Assembly (NCBI GenBank): GCA_965231125.1
Contig: OZ246414.1
Coordinates: 81,739 to 145,738, forward strand
Source: an uncultured Gammaproteobacteria bacterium
GTDB lineage: Bacteria > Patescibacteriota > Microgenomatia > Woykebacterales > RBG-16-39-9b
DNA: 64,000 nt
Reading direction: 5' to 3'
Below the pieces are notes generated by a model, which searched no databases, was not told the origin of the DNA, and saw only the letters and a list, made by a program, of their open reading frames with translations. Positions 43,633 to 53,155 of this stretch are shown piece by piece. The position numbers and the translations under genes are program-made. Position 1 is the stretch's first letter. The number at the start of each line of letters is the position of its first letter.

Positions 43633-44078
43633 CTGTCGCCGAGGAGCTAACTAAAAAGTTGCTTAAGGACCTAGGGTTTTCCACCAAGGTAGAGGCTCGT
43701 CAGGAAAAAGATTTTGTCCAGGTCAATGTAAGTGGAGCGGATTTAGGCCTTTTGATAGGGTATCACGGCGAAAATCTAGGAGCGCTCCAGCTTATCCTAG
43801 GGCTGATGATAAATAAAAAATTAGAAGCCGAGGATTGGACACCAATTAATCTTGATGTTGGTGGTTGGCGCGATGAAAGATTAGACGCTTTAAAAAGTTT
43901 GGTAGAGAAAGCGGCCACCGAAGTAGGAGCCTCCAAGAAAGAGATTGCGTTGCCACCGATGCCGGCTTCACAAAGACGCAGTGTTCACATGATTCTGGCG
44001 GAAGAATTTCCGCACTTAACTTCGGAATCCGAAGGTGAAGAACCAAACCGCCGGATTGTAATCAAAAAAGCTTCGTAA
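43605..44078 (+). CDS. jag: Jag/KhpB-like RNA-binding protein (KH + R3H)
   Basis: Start ATG 43605 with GGAGG 9 nt upstream. LIGYHGENLGALQLIL (KH) and SQRRSVHMIL (R3H). Confidence 0.7.
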   Translation: MGKDVEKSLAVAEELTKKLLKDLGFSTKVEARQEKDFVQVNVSGADLGLLIGYHGENLGALQLILGLMINKKLEAEDWTPINLDVGGWRDERLDALKSLVEKAATEVGASKKEIALPPMPASQRRSVHMILAEEFPHLTSESEGEEPNRRIVIKKAS

Positions 44079-44080
44079 GA

Positions 44081-44548
44081 GTGGTCGAGAGGAACGAACT
44101 TTTGGAAATTTCTAAAAATAGTAAACCCCAACATTTAACTATCTATACTGATGGTGGAGCGAGAGGCAACCCAGGGCCAGGAGCGTGCGCCTGCGTAATT
44201 GAGGATTCTGCGGGAAAATTGCGGTTATTAAGCGGGAAATACTTGGGAATAACTACGAATAACGCTGCTGAATATCAAGGTGTGATTTTGGCCTTTGAGG
44301 AGCTGGTGAAAATTAAAGAAAACTTGGCGTCTGACATAAAATTAGAGTTTAGACTAGATTCGTCTTTGGTGGTGAACCAACTCAACGGAATCTATAAAGT
44401 TAAGGATAAGAACATAAGAGCGCAAGTGCTCCGGATTCGGCAGTTGGAAGCTGTCTTCCCGAACTTGTCTTATCGTTACATACCTCGAGAGCAGAATAAA
44501 ACTGCGGATGCTTTGGTAAACGAGACTCTCGATAAGGCAGTGGAGTAG
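44081..44548 (+). CDS. rnhA: ribonuclease H (type 1)
   Basis: 155 aa: IYTDGGARGNPGPGA, NNAAEYQGVI, DSSLVVNQL, EQNKTADALVN. Confidence 0.8.
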   Translation: MVERNELLEISKNSKPQHLTIYTDGGARGNPGPGACACVIEDSAGKLRLLSGKYLGITTNNAAEYQGVILAFEELVKIKENLASDIKLEFRLDSSLVVNQLNGIYKVKDKNIRAQVLRIRQLEAVFPNLSYRYIPREQNKTADALVNETLDKAVE

Positions 44549-44604
44549 CGGCAGGTATTTATTCTCTTGTAAATTCTTTCAACATTACTTAAAATCGAGG
44601 ATCT

Positions 44605-46263
44605 ATGAGTGAGTCTGCCAAAGAAAAAATTTTCCCCTTCGCCTTAAAAAACAAAGAAACTGCTTTGGTTGTGGGCGGTGCTGGTTTTATTGGAGCCTCC
44701 GTCTGCGAAAAACTACTTTCGGAAGGGCTCTCAGTAATTTGTATTGATAACCTAACTTCTGGGGTCAAGGAGAATGTTGAGCATCTTTTAAACGCACCAA
44801 ACTTTTCGTTTATAAACGCTGATATAAATACTCCCGGGTTTAGATTACCGGCAGCTGTAAAAGTCGATTTAATTTTTCACATCGCCGGAGTCGAGGAATT
44901 TCCTGCCAACACGAACCTTTCACTAGAAACACTTTTAGTAAATTCTTTAGGAACAAGAGTTTTACTGGAGATTGCGAAAGATCAGGCAGCGAAATTCATT
45001 CTTGTTTCGTCCGCGACTTTTTATCCAGAAGTTTTTTCTGCAAGTTCGCTTAAATATTATTTTGGCAAAGATCCTAAGGATGAATCTGTATTTACTTATG
45101 GAGAGGCCAAGCGGTTCGCCGAAGCGCTTGTTGTTGAGTACTTTAAAAACTACGGACTTTTCGCTGTCGTTACCCGAGTTAAAGATGTTTACGGTCCAAG
45201 AATGAATTTAGAGGCCCAGGGGGATTTGAATAGACTAGTCTCCGAGACATTAATTGGTAAAAAACTGACGGTTGCGGGGGACGGCCTGAAAATACTTAAC
45301 CCGACGTTTATTACGGATGTTAGTGAGGGGATTGTTAAGGCGGCCGTGGCGGGGCGCAAAGGCGAAATTTACAATTTGATTAACCCCGAAAAAATTACAG
45401 TGGCCTCCCTGGTCCAAACTATTAGACAGGTAGTTGGCAGCGTTGAAATAGTGCGTAAAAACGTTGATGAAGACCTCGAGCCTGCCTTTCACCAACCAGA
45501 TTTAACGACAAGTTTTGAGACTCTTTCCTGGCGCCCTAAAGTGGCTTTGGCGGACGGAGTCTCGGAGACGGTGGCGTATTTCCGAAAAAAAGGGGGTGGA
45601 AGAGCTCCCCAACCGACGTACCTTTTGCTGGAAAACAAAAACCAACCAGTAATCAAAACTAAAGAAAACAAGAAGAAACCGCATTTTAACTACCTAAGGC
45701 TGGTTATTTTCTTAGCTTCCCTGCTACTGATACTAATTACGGTTGTCTATCCGGCAGTTGCGCTAGTTTTTAATACTTATCAGGCCAATAGAAGTTTTAA
45801 GGCTGCCGCCGACAATTTACAAGGAGACAGAACGAGAGAGACGGAGAAGTCTGCGCAAAGCGCCCAAGACCATTACCAAAAGGCTTCTCAAGATCTACAA
45901 AACCTTTCTTGGCTATTGAGTATTTTTGTCAAGAGAGAAAAACTCTCCGCTCTTGACGATTTTTATTTCAGTGGCGAAAATGTGGCGCAGGCAACCTACT
46001 CAACCGCAAACGGGCTAGATATTCTTATCCAAGATACAACTGGCACCAAACTTAGCGCTGCCCAGTCTCAACAAGCACTAGAGGCAATTAAAAACGATGC
46101 TGCGGAGTCAAAGGGAAAATTGGATTTGGTTTCGCCAACTTTGGAGTCACTTGATGATAGGAGCATCCCCCAATCTTTAAGAGACGATTTAAACCGGATT
46201 AAGCAAACGCAGAGTGTTTTAGACGAAATTAATGCGCAGCTTCTGGGCTCGACAGGTACTTGA
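44605..46263 (+). CDS. NAD-dependent sugar epimerase/dehydratase fused to a TM segment and C-terminal extracytoplasmic-type domain
   Basis: 552 aa. VVGGAGFIGAS Rossmann motif, YGEAKRFAE (YxxxK), then TM LRLVIFLASLLLILITVVYPAV and a helical tail of about 190 aa. Confidence 0.65.
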   Translation: MSESAKEKIFPFALKNKETALVVGGAGFIGASVCEKLLSEGLSVICIDNLTSGVKENVEHLLNAPNFSFINADINTPGFRLPAAVKVDLIFHIAGVEEFPANTNLSLETLLVNSLGTRVLLEIAKDQAAKFILVSSATFYPEVFSASSLKYYFGKDPKDESVFTYGEAKRFAEALVVEYFKNYGLFAVVTRVKDVYGPRMNLEAQGDLNRLVSETLIGKKLTVAGDGLKILNPTFITDVSEGIVKAAVAGRKGEIYNLINPEKITVASLVQTIRQVVGSVEIVRKNVDEDLEPAFHQPDLTTSFETLSWRPKVALADGVSETVAYFRKKGGGRAPQPTYLLLENKNQPVIKTKENKKKPHFNYLRLVIFLASLLLILITVVYPAVALVFNTYQANRSFKAAADNLQGDRTRETEKSAQSAQDHYQKASQDLQNLSWLLSIFVKREKLSALDDFYFSGENVAQATYSTANGLDILIQDTTGTKLSAAQSQQALEAIKNDAAESKGKLDLVSPTLESLDDRSIPQSLRDDLNRIKQTQSVLDEINAQLLGSTGT

Positions 46264-46286
46264 GTCGCGTGCTATACTTAAGTTGA

Positions 46287-46661
46287 ATGTTAGGTAAGGG
46301 TGTGAATCGAGAGTTTCAAGAACAGTTTGGGAGGCAGTGGCGGTGCACGTGTAAAGCGCAGTTTAGACCGGAGAGTTTAGAGATTTTGTCAGAATCGGAG
46401 AATTCCCTGCTCGCCCATTATCAATGCCCTAAATGTGGGAGGGAACAGATGTTAGCAGCAGCAATTTCTGAAGAAGAAACAAACGAACAAACCTCAGAAA
46501 AATTGATCAAGTTACCGAAAACTACAGTTACAACTGACGATGTGCTGGATATAAAAGCTATGGTTTCGAAAATGAAATTAGCCTCTATAAAAGCACTTGG
46601 CCGAGAGCGCCAAAAACGTTCCAGCATCACTATCTCCCGGATAACTTCTCCGAAAAGCTAA
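46287..46661 (+). CDS. zinc-ribbon-containing small protein
   Basis: 124 aa. CTC...CPKCG. TGcTATACT extended -10 lies 8 nt upstream of the ATG. Confidence 0.4.
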   Translation: MLGKGVNREFQEQFGRQWRCTCKAQFRPESLEILSESENSLLAHYQCPKCGREQMLAAAISEEETNEQTSEKLIKLPKTTVTTDDVLDIKAMVSKMKLASIKALGRERQKRSSITISRITSPKS

Positions 46662-46705
46662 TCTGACAGCTGTCGGATTGACAGCCCCAATATAATAGAG
46701 GACGT

Positions 46706-47425
46706 ATGGAAAAAATTGCACTGAACGCCTCGGCGCGAAAGATTTTAGGGAAAAAAGTTAAAAACCTGCGCAAAGAAGGGTCTATCCCCGCGAATCTTTT
46801 TGGAAAAGATATAAAATCGCAAGCTTTGCAAGTGGATGACAAAGATTTTCGTAAAGTGTTTAGGCAGGCCGGTGAAACCGGAATAGTGGAAATAAAAGAA
46901 GATAAAGAGACTCATCCAGTGTTAATTCATAATGTGCAGCTGGACCCAAAGACAGACCTAATTCTTCACGTTGATTTTCATAAAGTAAACTTAAAAGAAA
47001 AGATTACTACCCACGTGCCCGTTGTTTTGGAAGGCGAGTCTCCAGCCGCGAAAAGCGGTGTAGGATTAGTTTTGCAAACTCTGAACGAACTTGAAGTAGA
47101 ATCTTTGCCGGCAGATATTCCCCACGAAATAAAAGTGGACGCTTCTAAGTTGACAGAAGTAGGGCAGTCGATCCACGTTAAAGATTTAAAAATCGATAGA
47201 GAAAAAGTGGAAGTTAAGAATGATCCAGAAGCAACGGTTGTAAATGTGCAAACCGCGGAAATGAAAGAAGAAGTTGAAGAGACGCCAGTTTCGCCAGAAG
47301 AGGTCGAAGCCATTGCCGAAAAGGGTGAAAAAGAAGAGGCCGCAGAAGGCGAAGAGGGTAAAGAAGCTCCAACAGACGAGGGGGCTAAGGAAGAGCCTCA
47401 AACTAGCGAAGAAATCCCAGCATAA
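46706..47425 (+). CDS. rplY: 50S ribosomal protein L25/general stress protein Ctc with acidic C-terminal tail
   Basis: 239 aa: LNASARKILGKKVKNLRKEGSIPANLFGK, HPVLIHNVQLDP. Confidence 0.85.
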   Translation: MEKIALNASARKILGKKVKNLRKEGSIPANLFGKDIKSQALQVDDKDFRKVFRQAGETGIVEIKEDKETHPVLIHNVQLDPKTDLILHVDFHKVNLKEKITTHVPVVLEGESPAAKSGVGLVLQTLNELEVESLPADIPHEIKVDASKLTEVGQSIHVKDLKIDREKVEVKNDPEATVVNVQTAEMKEEVEETPVSPEEVEAIAEKGEKEEAAEGEEGKEAPTDEGAKEEPQTSEEIPA

Positions 47426-47492
47426 TAACCTAGAGTTGGTTAGTGAAAAAGTCCCTAGTTCGAGAAAATAGTTGTAAACTATTCTCGAACGC

Positions 47493-47543
47493 AGGATTCA
47501 CAGTAGCTGGCTCGCCAAGCGAGGTATAAGCTACGAGAATCCT
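47493..47543. repeat. hairpin with the same outer stem (aggattc...gagaatcct) as 26456-26503 but a different interior
   Basis: Outer stem 47493-47499 / 47537-47543. Inner stems gtagc/gctac and ctcgc/gcgag. Lies 5 nt upstream of the -35. Confidence 0.5.
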
Positions 47544-47547
47544 ATAG

Positions 47548-47576
47548 TTGACAAATCCTTTAAGTTGTGTTAAAAT
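47548..47576 (+). promoter_or_regulatory. TTGACA-N17-TAAAAT promoter of the 47.6-48.5 kb GC-rich unit
   Basis: TTGACA 47548-47553, TAAAAT 47571-47576. Confidence 0.5.
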
Positions 47577-47582
47577 ACACCC

Positions 47583-47825
47583 ATTAACAATTGAAAATAG
47601 ATCGCTAACGCGCTCTGCGTCGCTAGCGCTCCTAATGGTTACAAGGTAAAAACTTTTAAAGGCACTTTGTAACTGGAGTTGAAGTTATAGCTAACTGTCA
47701 TTACGGAAACGTCCTGAAGTCTAGAACAATTCGAGTCCAGTTACCAGGTGCCTTTGTGTATCTAGGCGGTACGTCTTGCTGACCCGGCAAGCTATCGTTA
47801 AACAAATTATGGGTATGGAGGAACG
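47583..47825 (+). promoter_or_regulatory. long (~245 nt) structured 5' leader containing a copy of the dispersed repeat
   Basis: Repeat copy 47594-47638. Long-range stem aaaggcac..taactgga (47658-47677) / tccagtta..gtgccttt (47735-47754). SD atGGAGGa 47816-47822. Confidence 0.4.
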
Positions 47826-48152
47826 ATGTCAGTCAGACACCCCCTGTCAGACGTCGAAAGTTTCGAAAAGAAAGGTGTTAGGTATGTTCGGGTTTGCCAC
47901 GTAGGAAAGGGATCATTCCACTTCGAAGTCTACAGACGAATCAAACGAAGTGGGAGGCTCCATATGATTATCAGACCAGAGGCATACTCTCCTATCAGTG
48001 GGGAACTTCGCCCTTCTTCATCAGCGGTGTTCGTGGCTGAAGCGCAAGAGGATCTGTTCTGGCGTATGGTGCTCCCTTTCACAGACGCTGTAAACAGGTT
48101 GCCCGACGACGTGTCAATACAATTCATAGGCTGGACAAAGTATGGTGTGTAG
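47826..48152 (+). CDS. GC-rich hypothetical protein (108 aa)
   Basis: ATG with GGAGGA SD. No family recognised. Confidence 0.45.
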   Translation: MSVRHPLSDVESFEKKGVRYVRVCHVGKGSFHFEVYRRIKRSGRLHMIIRPEAYSPISGELRPSSSAVFVAEAQEDLFWRMVLPFTDAVNRLPDDVSIQFIGWTKYGV

Positions 48153-48264
48153 TGGTAATAATCCACAATCAAGCTTTGCTTGATCCCCAAATCCTAAGCA
48201 AATCTCACATACGGTGTCGTCGCTGTCGTTAGCGGCTGACAAAATAGTCAGCTAGAAAGGACGA

Positions 48265-48480
48265 ATGGTGATGGATCAGTTCACGCGGTTAGTTCTCGGG
48301 TGTATTGGCACGGTGATAGTTGCCATTGCTACACTTTGGCTGATCGATGGCATCTTCTGGACGCAAGTCTCGCCAAGGGCACTCATAATCGCGCCGGCGG
48401 TGATCGTTCTAGCGGTTGGAGGAGTCATGGTTCTAACCGCTGTGCTAACAGGAGACAGGGCACCGAGGGTACGACTGTAG
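48265..48480 (+). CDS. GC-rich small 2-TM membrane protein (71 aa)
   Basis: Two hydrophobic helices. AAAGGA SD. Alternative start at ATG 48271. Confidence 0.4.
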   Translation: MVMDQFTRLVLGCIGTVIVAIATLWLIDGIFWTQVSPRALIIAPAVIVLAVGGVMVLTAVLTGDRAPRVRL

Positions 48481-48503
48481 AAGGAGTAAAATCGGTGCCA
48501 CAG

Positions 48504-48546
48504 AAAGACCACAAAGCGAGTAATCGCAGCGTGGTCTTTTTATTTT
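48504..48546 (+). terminator. terminator of the GC-rich unit, overlapping the valS stop codon
   Basis: aaagaccac / gtggtcttt stem followed by ttatttt. Confidence 0.6.
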
Positions 48547-50753
48547 GGCCACGCGGAAACCATGATGGAATCATCCTTTTTTAGTCCGTTAGGACGCAGA
48601 GCGCGAAGCGATCTATTTGGTAACTTCTGCCAAAGATCTTCGGTTATGTACGGCATGAAGGGGTGGAGTAGTCGCAAAGATTCTTCAAGGACTTTTTCCA
48701 AAACCGGCTGAGCTTCGTCTCGTCGGGATTTTGAACTTTCAATATATTTATCGGCAAAGCGGTGCCAGACGAAATCGTAAAGCTCTCCGACCGCCTGACC
48801 AAAACGATAATTCTCGATTGCTTTGGTTACAATTTCTCTTGTTTTCTCCAATTCCTCCAAAATCCATTTGTCATCCAGGTGAGTGGGTGTAGGGTGTAGG
48901 GTATAGGGTTTAGGGTTTTTTGATTCGGGTTCATTCGAGTTATTATTCGCGTCCATTAGAATATACCGGCCGATGTTCCAGAGTTTATTAGTGAAATTGC
49001 GCATTCCTTTTATTTTATGTTCGCCAAGGTTAGCATCATTGCCTGGACCAGTTCCGAAGACGAGGGCCATCCGGACTGCGTCCGCACCGTATTTTTCCGC
49101 AACATCCAGCGGATCAATGACATTATTTTTACTCTTGCTCATTTTTTGACCCTTTTCGTCGCGAACCAGGCCATGTAAGTAAACCGTTTCAAAAGGGACT
49201 TTACCGGTCACATAAAGACCAAGCATGATCATGCGCGCGACCCAGAAGAAAAGGATATCGTAGCCAGTTTCCATTACAGAGGTTGGGTAAAATTTCTTAA
49301 AATCGGCTTCATCTTTTTGTCCGTAACCCAAAGTGGTAAACGGCCATTGCCCCGAGGAAAACCAAGTATCGAGGGTGTCCGGATCCTGTTCAAACTTGGT
49401 TGAGTCGCAATTTGCGCACCTAGTCGGGGGTTCAACTGAGACAAACTCCCCATTTTTCATTTTGCATTCTTCATTCTTCATTTCCTGACAGTAATAAACT
49501 GGCAGGCGGTGGCTCCACCACAGTTGCCGGGATATACACCAATCGTGAATATTCTCCATCCAATTAAAATAAATTTTTTCGAAACGGGGTGGAATGATTT
49601 TGATTTTGTTACTCTTAACCGCTGCCAGGGCGTCTTTAGCCAAATTCTTGCCGCTCTTACCGGTTTTGTTGACAGCAACAAACCATTGTTTGGAAACTAG
49701 AGGCTCGACGACAGTATCAGAGCGTTCGCAGACACCGACACTAGTCTTGTGATGCTGCGTTTTTTCCAACAGGTCCAGTTTTTCCAGATCGGTAACGATT
49801 TGTTTGCGGGCGGCGTATTTATCCAAACCAGAGTACTTACCTGCCTCTTTGGTCATTTTGTCGTCAAAACCGATGACTTGAATTTGGGCTAGTGAGTGAC
49901 GCTGTCCGACTTCATAATCGTTCGGATCGTGTGCTGGTGTTATCTTCACCGCTCCACTACCGAACTTTGGGTCAACGTAGGAATCTTTAATAATAGGAAT
50001 CTCCCGGTTCATCAACGGTAGGATGGCTGCCTTTCCAACTAAAGTCTTGTAACGTTTATCGCCCGGGTTAACCGCGACCGCTGTGTCGCCCAGCATTGTT
50101 TCCGGTCGGCTCGTGGCTACAGTTACAGTTTCTTTAGAATTCTTAACTGGATAACGGATAAACCAAAGGTTCGATTCTTTTTCTTTGTGAAGCACTTCGA
50201 GATCGGAAAGTACAGTCGCGCAGCGCGGACACCAATTAACCATTCGGCTGCCGCGGTAAATTAACCCGTCGTCATAAAGGTCTTTGAAGGTTTGGTAAAC
50301 TACTTTGGAGATTTCTGGATCAAGAGTAAATTTTTCGCGAGACCAATCTAAGCTAAATCCCATTGCCCGTAGTTGGTCGTACATTTGCTTTTTATTTTCT
50401 TGGGTGAATGCGTAAGTTTGCTTGAAGAATTCTTCCCGGCCAAGGTGGTGGCGAGTCTTACCTTGCCTTTCCAAAACCTCCCGTTCGTAAACGACTTGGG
50501 TTTGGATGCCGGCGTGATCTGCTCCTGGCAGCCACAAAGTCGAATCCCCAAGCATCCGGTGGTAGCGGATTAAAATATCCTCGATGACGTACATGGCGTG
50601 GCCGATGTGGAGCCGACCGTTGGCGTTTGGCGGAGGTAAAATAATTGAATAAGGTTTGCCTTTAGGATTGGTCTCTGGCTTGAAAAACTCCCCCTTTTCC
50701 CAAAGGGAATACCATTTGCTTTCAACTTGTTTATGCTCGTAAACTTTTTCCAT
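48540..50753 (-). CDS. valS: valine--tRNA ligase (short form without C-terminal coiled coil)
   Basis: 737 aa. PPPNANGRLHIGHA (HIGH), KMSKSKNN (KMSKS). Carries the repeat-encoded insert NRSLRALRPNGLKK near the C-terminus. Confidence 0.95.
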   Translation of the reverse strand: MEKVYEHKQVESKWYSLWEKGEFFKPETNPKGKPYSIILPPPNANGRLHIGHAMYVIEDILIRYHRMLGDSTLWLPGADHAGIQTQVVYEREVLERQGKTRHHLGREEFFKQTYAFTQENKKQMYDQLRAMGFSLDWSREKFTLDPEISKVVYQTFKDLYDDGLIYRGSRMVNWCPRCATVLSDLEVLHKEKESNLWFIRYPVKNSKETVTVATSRPETMLGDTAVAVNPGDKRYKTLVGKAAILPLMNREIPIIKDSYVDPKFGSGAVKITPAHDPNDYEVGQRHSLAQIQVIGFDDKMTKEAGKYSGLDKYAARKQIVTDLEKLDLLEKTQHHKTSVGVCERSDTVVEPLVSKQWFVAVNKTGKSGKNLAKDALAAVKSNKIKIIPPRFEKIYFNWMENIHDWCISRQLWWSHRLPVYYCQEMKNEECKMKNGEFVSVEPPTRCANCDSTKFEQDPDTLDTWFSSGQWPFTTLGYGQKDEADFKKFYPTSVMETGYDILFFWVARMIMLGLYVTGKVPFETVYLHGLVRDEKGQKMSKSKNNVIDPLDVAEKYGADAVRMALVFGTGPGNDANLGEHKIKGMRNFTNKLWNIGRYILMDANNNSNEPESKNPKPYTLHPTPTHLDDKWILEELEKTREIVTKAIENYRFGQAVGELYDFVWHRFADKYIESSKSRRDEAQPVLEKVLEESLRLLHPFMPYITEDLWQKLPNRSLRALRPNGLKKDDSIMVSAWPK

Positions 50754-50794
50754 GCCGGCTGATTATAACAAAAACCTGCTAAAATGAGTGTAAC

Positions 50795-52000
50795 ATGGAT
50801 TTTACGGATTTTTCCTTAGGAATAAATTACTGGCCCCAAAAAGAGGCCTTCTCCCTTTGGAAAAAATTTGATGCAGGAATCTTGAAAAGAGACTTTGAAC
50901 TGATCAAAAGTTTTGGTATGGACTGTGTAAGGATCTTTTTAGTCTGGGAAGATTTTCAGCCTTCCCCAAACAAAGTTTCCGCAGAGAAACTTAACTATCT
51001 TGTAACGAGCGCAAATATTGCTGCCGAAGCCGGTCTTCAAATTATCCCGACATTTTTCTGTGGGCATATGTCGGGAGCAAATTTTTTACCTTCTTGGATT
51101 TTGGGTAAAAGGGTCGGAGGCGGTAGATTTCCCATAGTCTCCCACGGTCATGTCGGTCTCTATGAAATTAAGAATTTTTATGAAGATAAAGAGTTGCAGC
51201 AGAGCCAAAAACTGCTTTTAAAAGAAGTAGCGGCAGTCTTAAAAAACCACCCGGCGATAAAAGCTTGGGATTTGGGCAATGAGCCTTCAGTGTATATCAC
51301 TCCGAGGACCGGCGAAGGCGCGGAACGTTGGCTGGCGGAAATGACCGGAACTTTGCGAGGGGTTGATGCGGATGTTCCAATTACAATTGGTACCCACATG
51401 GAGGATTTAATAAAGGACAACAAAATAGCGTTTGAAGCGATCGGTAAGTATTGCGACTTCTTAGTAATGCACGGTTACACTGTCTATAGCCCCGTCGCAA
51501 TTGATATTTACGACAGACGGTTCATATTGTTTTTGGTTGAATTAACAAAATGGTTAGGCGGCAAGAGAGTGCTACTAGAAGAGTTTGGTTTCCCGACGAG
51601 TGTCGACAGTGCCCAAATAAAACTTGCCAAAGAAAAGGGCCTAGTACTACTTTCCGACAGTGAGGGAGAAAAAACTGTCCAGTTTACCCAAGATTTGTTC
51701 GAGGATCTTTATGAAGAGGGTTGCCTAGGGGCCTATTGGTGGTGCTTTGCCGATTATGATAAATCGGCTTGGTCAAAGCCACCCTTGGACCAAAGAATCC
51801 ACGAGAGGTTCTTTGGCATTAAAAGAGTCGATGGAACCATAAAGCCAGTAGCCAGTGTTTTTAAAAAATTTGGGAAAAGACTATATAAGGATCGGCAACT
51901 AGAAAGTTTCTGGCGCACGCAAGACCGCGAAGACTACTTTAGTAATCCTGAAAAAAGTTTCAAAGACCTTTGGGAGAAATTTAAAAATCGGAAAGATTAG
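50795..52000 (+). CDS. clan GH-A glycoside hydrolase (GH5-like TIM barrel)
   Basis: 401 aa, no signal peptide. WDLGNEP (acid/base-type NEP) and LLEEFGFP (nucleophile-type EFG) motifs. Confidence 0.55.
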   Translation: MDFTDFSLGINYWPQKEAFSLWKKFDAGILKRDFELIKSFGMDCVRIFLVWEDFQPSPNKVSAEKLNYLVTSANIAAEAGLQIIPTFFCGHMSGANFLPSWILGKRVGGGRFPIVSHGHVGLYEIKNFYEDKELQQSQKLLLKEVAAVLKNHPAIKAWDLGNEPSVYITPRTGEGAERWLAEMTGTLRGVDADVPITIGTHMEDLIKDNKIAFEAIGKYCDFLVMHGYTVYSPVAIDIYDRRFILFLVELTKWLGGKRVLLEEFGFPTSVDSAQIKLAKEKGLVLLSDSEGEKTVQFTQDLFEDLYEEGCLGAYWWCFADYDKSAWSKPPLDQRIHERFFGIKRVDGTIKPVASVFKKFGKRLYKDRQLESFWRTQDREDYFSNPEKSFKDLWEKFKNRKD

Positions 52001-53028
52001 AAAAGTAATCCAGGGTCAGTTTTCACCTTTTCCCAAGGTATGGGTATGAAGTTGAAAAAGGCGGCGGAAGCAACCATCGCCCCATTATCCACAGAAAGTT
52101 TTGGGTTCGAAGAAATTACTCGACCAGAAAAAGATTGAGTCATCTTTTCTCTTAGCCTTTGGTTGGCGGCTACTCCACCAGCCAAAAGAATTTCTTTAAC
52201 ACCAGTAATTTCAGCAGCTTTAAGAGTTTTATTTACAAGAGAGTCCACAATAGCTTCTTGAATACTTGCGGCTAGATCGGCAGTCTGTTTTTGGGTTAGT
52301 TCCTGATCAGAATTTTTCCCTTTAACAGTGTTAACCAAATTAACAACGGCGGTTTTCAAACCAGAAAAAGAAAAATCTAGATCGCTAGAATCTGCAAGAG
52401 GTCTCGGCAAACGGAAAGCGTTTGGATCGCCGTTCCCACCCGCTTCCTGAATAGCCGGACCGCCGGGATAGGAAAGACCGAGCGTTCGGGCGGTTTTATC
52501 AAACGCTTCGCCAGCGGCATCGTCTCGGGTGCCTCCCAACCATTTAAATTTACCGTGACCTTTCATTAAAACTAATTCAGTGTGCCCGCCGCTGACAATT
52601 AAGGAAAGGTTTGGAAAAGTCGGGGGCTTGGGATTATCTAACCAGTTTGCATAAATATGCCCGATAAGGTGGTTAACCGGAACCAGCGGCTTATTCCAAG
52701 AATACGCGAGACTTTTAGCAGTTTCCACCCCTACTAGTAAGGAGCCAACTAGGCCAGGACCATAAGTGACGGCAACTGCGTCCACACTGGATTTATAGTT
52801 ATCAATACCTTTTTTATCTGTCCCAATCTTTAAATATTCAAAAACGGCATCCAAAACCGCTGTCATCGATTTGACCTGTTCTCGGGCGGCAACTTCGGGA
52901 ATAATACCACCAGTTTTAGCATGAATGGGTAAGGAAGAATAGGCAATATTGGATAGTATTTTTACTCCGTCTTCAACAACAGCGGCGGCCGTCTCATCGC
53001 AGCTAGTTTCGATTCCTAAAATCTTCAT
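51997..53028 (-). CDS. tsaD: tRNA N6-adenosine threonylcarbamoyltransferase TsaD
   Basis: 343 aa: ILGIETSCDETAAAV, GPGLVGSLLVG, VSGGHTEL, GGVAAN. Confidence 0.9.
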   Translation of the reverse strand: MKILGIETSCDETAAAVVEDGVKILSNIAYSSLPIHAKTGGIIPEVAAREQVKSMTAVLDAVFEYLKIGTDKKGIDNYKSSVDAVAVTYGPGLVGSLLVGVETAKSLAYSWNKPLVPVNHLIGHIYANWLDNPKPPTFPNLSLIVSGGHTELVLMKGHGKFKWLGGTRDDAAGEAFDKTARTLGLSYPGGPAIQEAGGNGDPNAFRLPRPLADSSDLDFSFSGLKTAVVNLVNTVKGKNSDQELTQKQTADLAASIQEAIVDSLVNKTLKAAEITGVKEILLAGGVAANQRLREKMTQSFSGRVISSNPKLSVDNGAMVASAAFFNFIPIPWEKVKTDPGLLF

Positions 53029-53155
53029 AAATCCTACTGAGCATTATACAAAATTAATAGAAATCTAAAAAGGTCAAGAAAATTGCTCGCGTGGGTTATA
53101 ATAGCTAAAACCGCATCGTAAGACTGAGAGATCAGAGAAAGGAGAGCGTAGGTAC

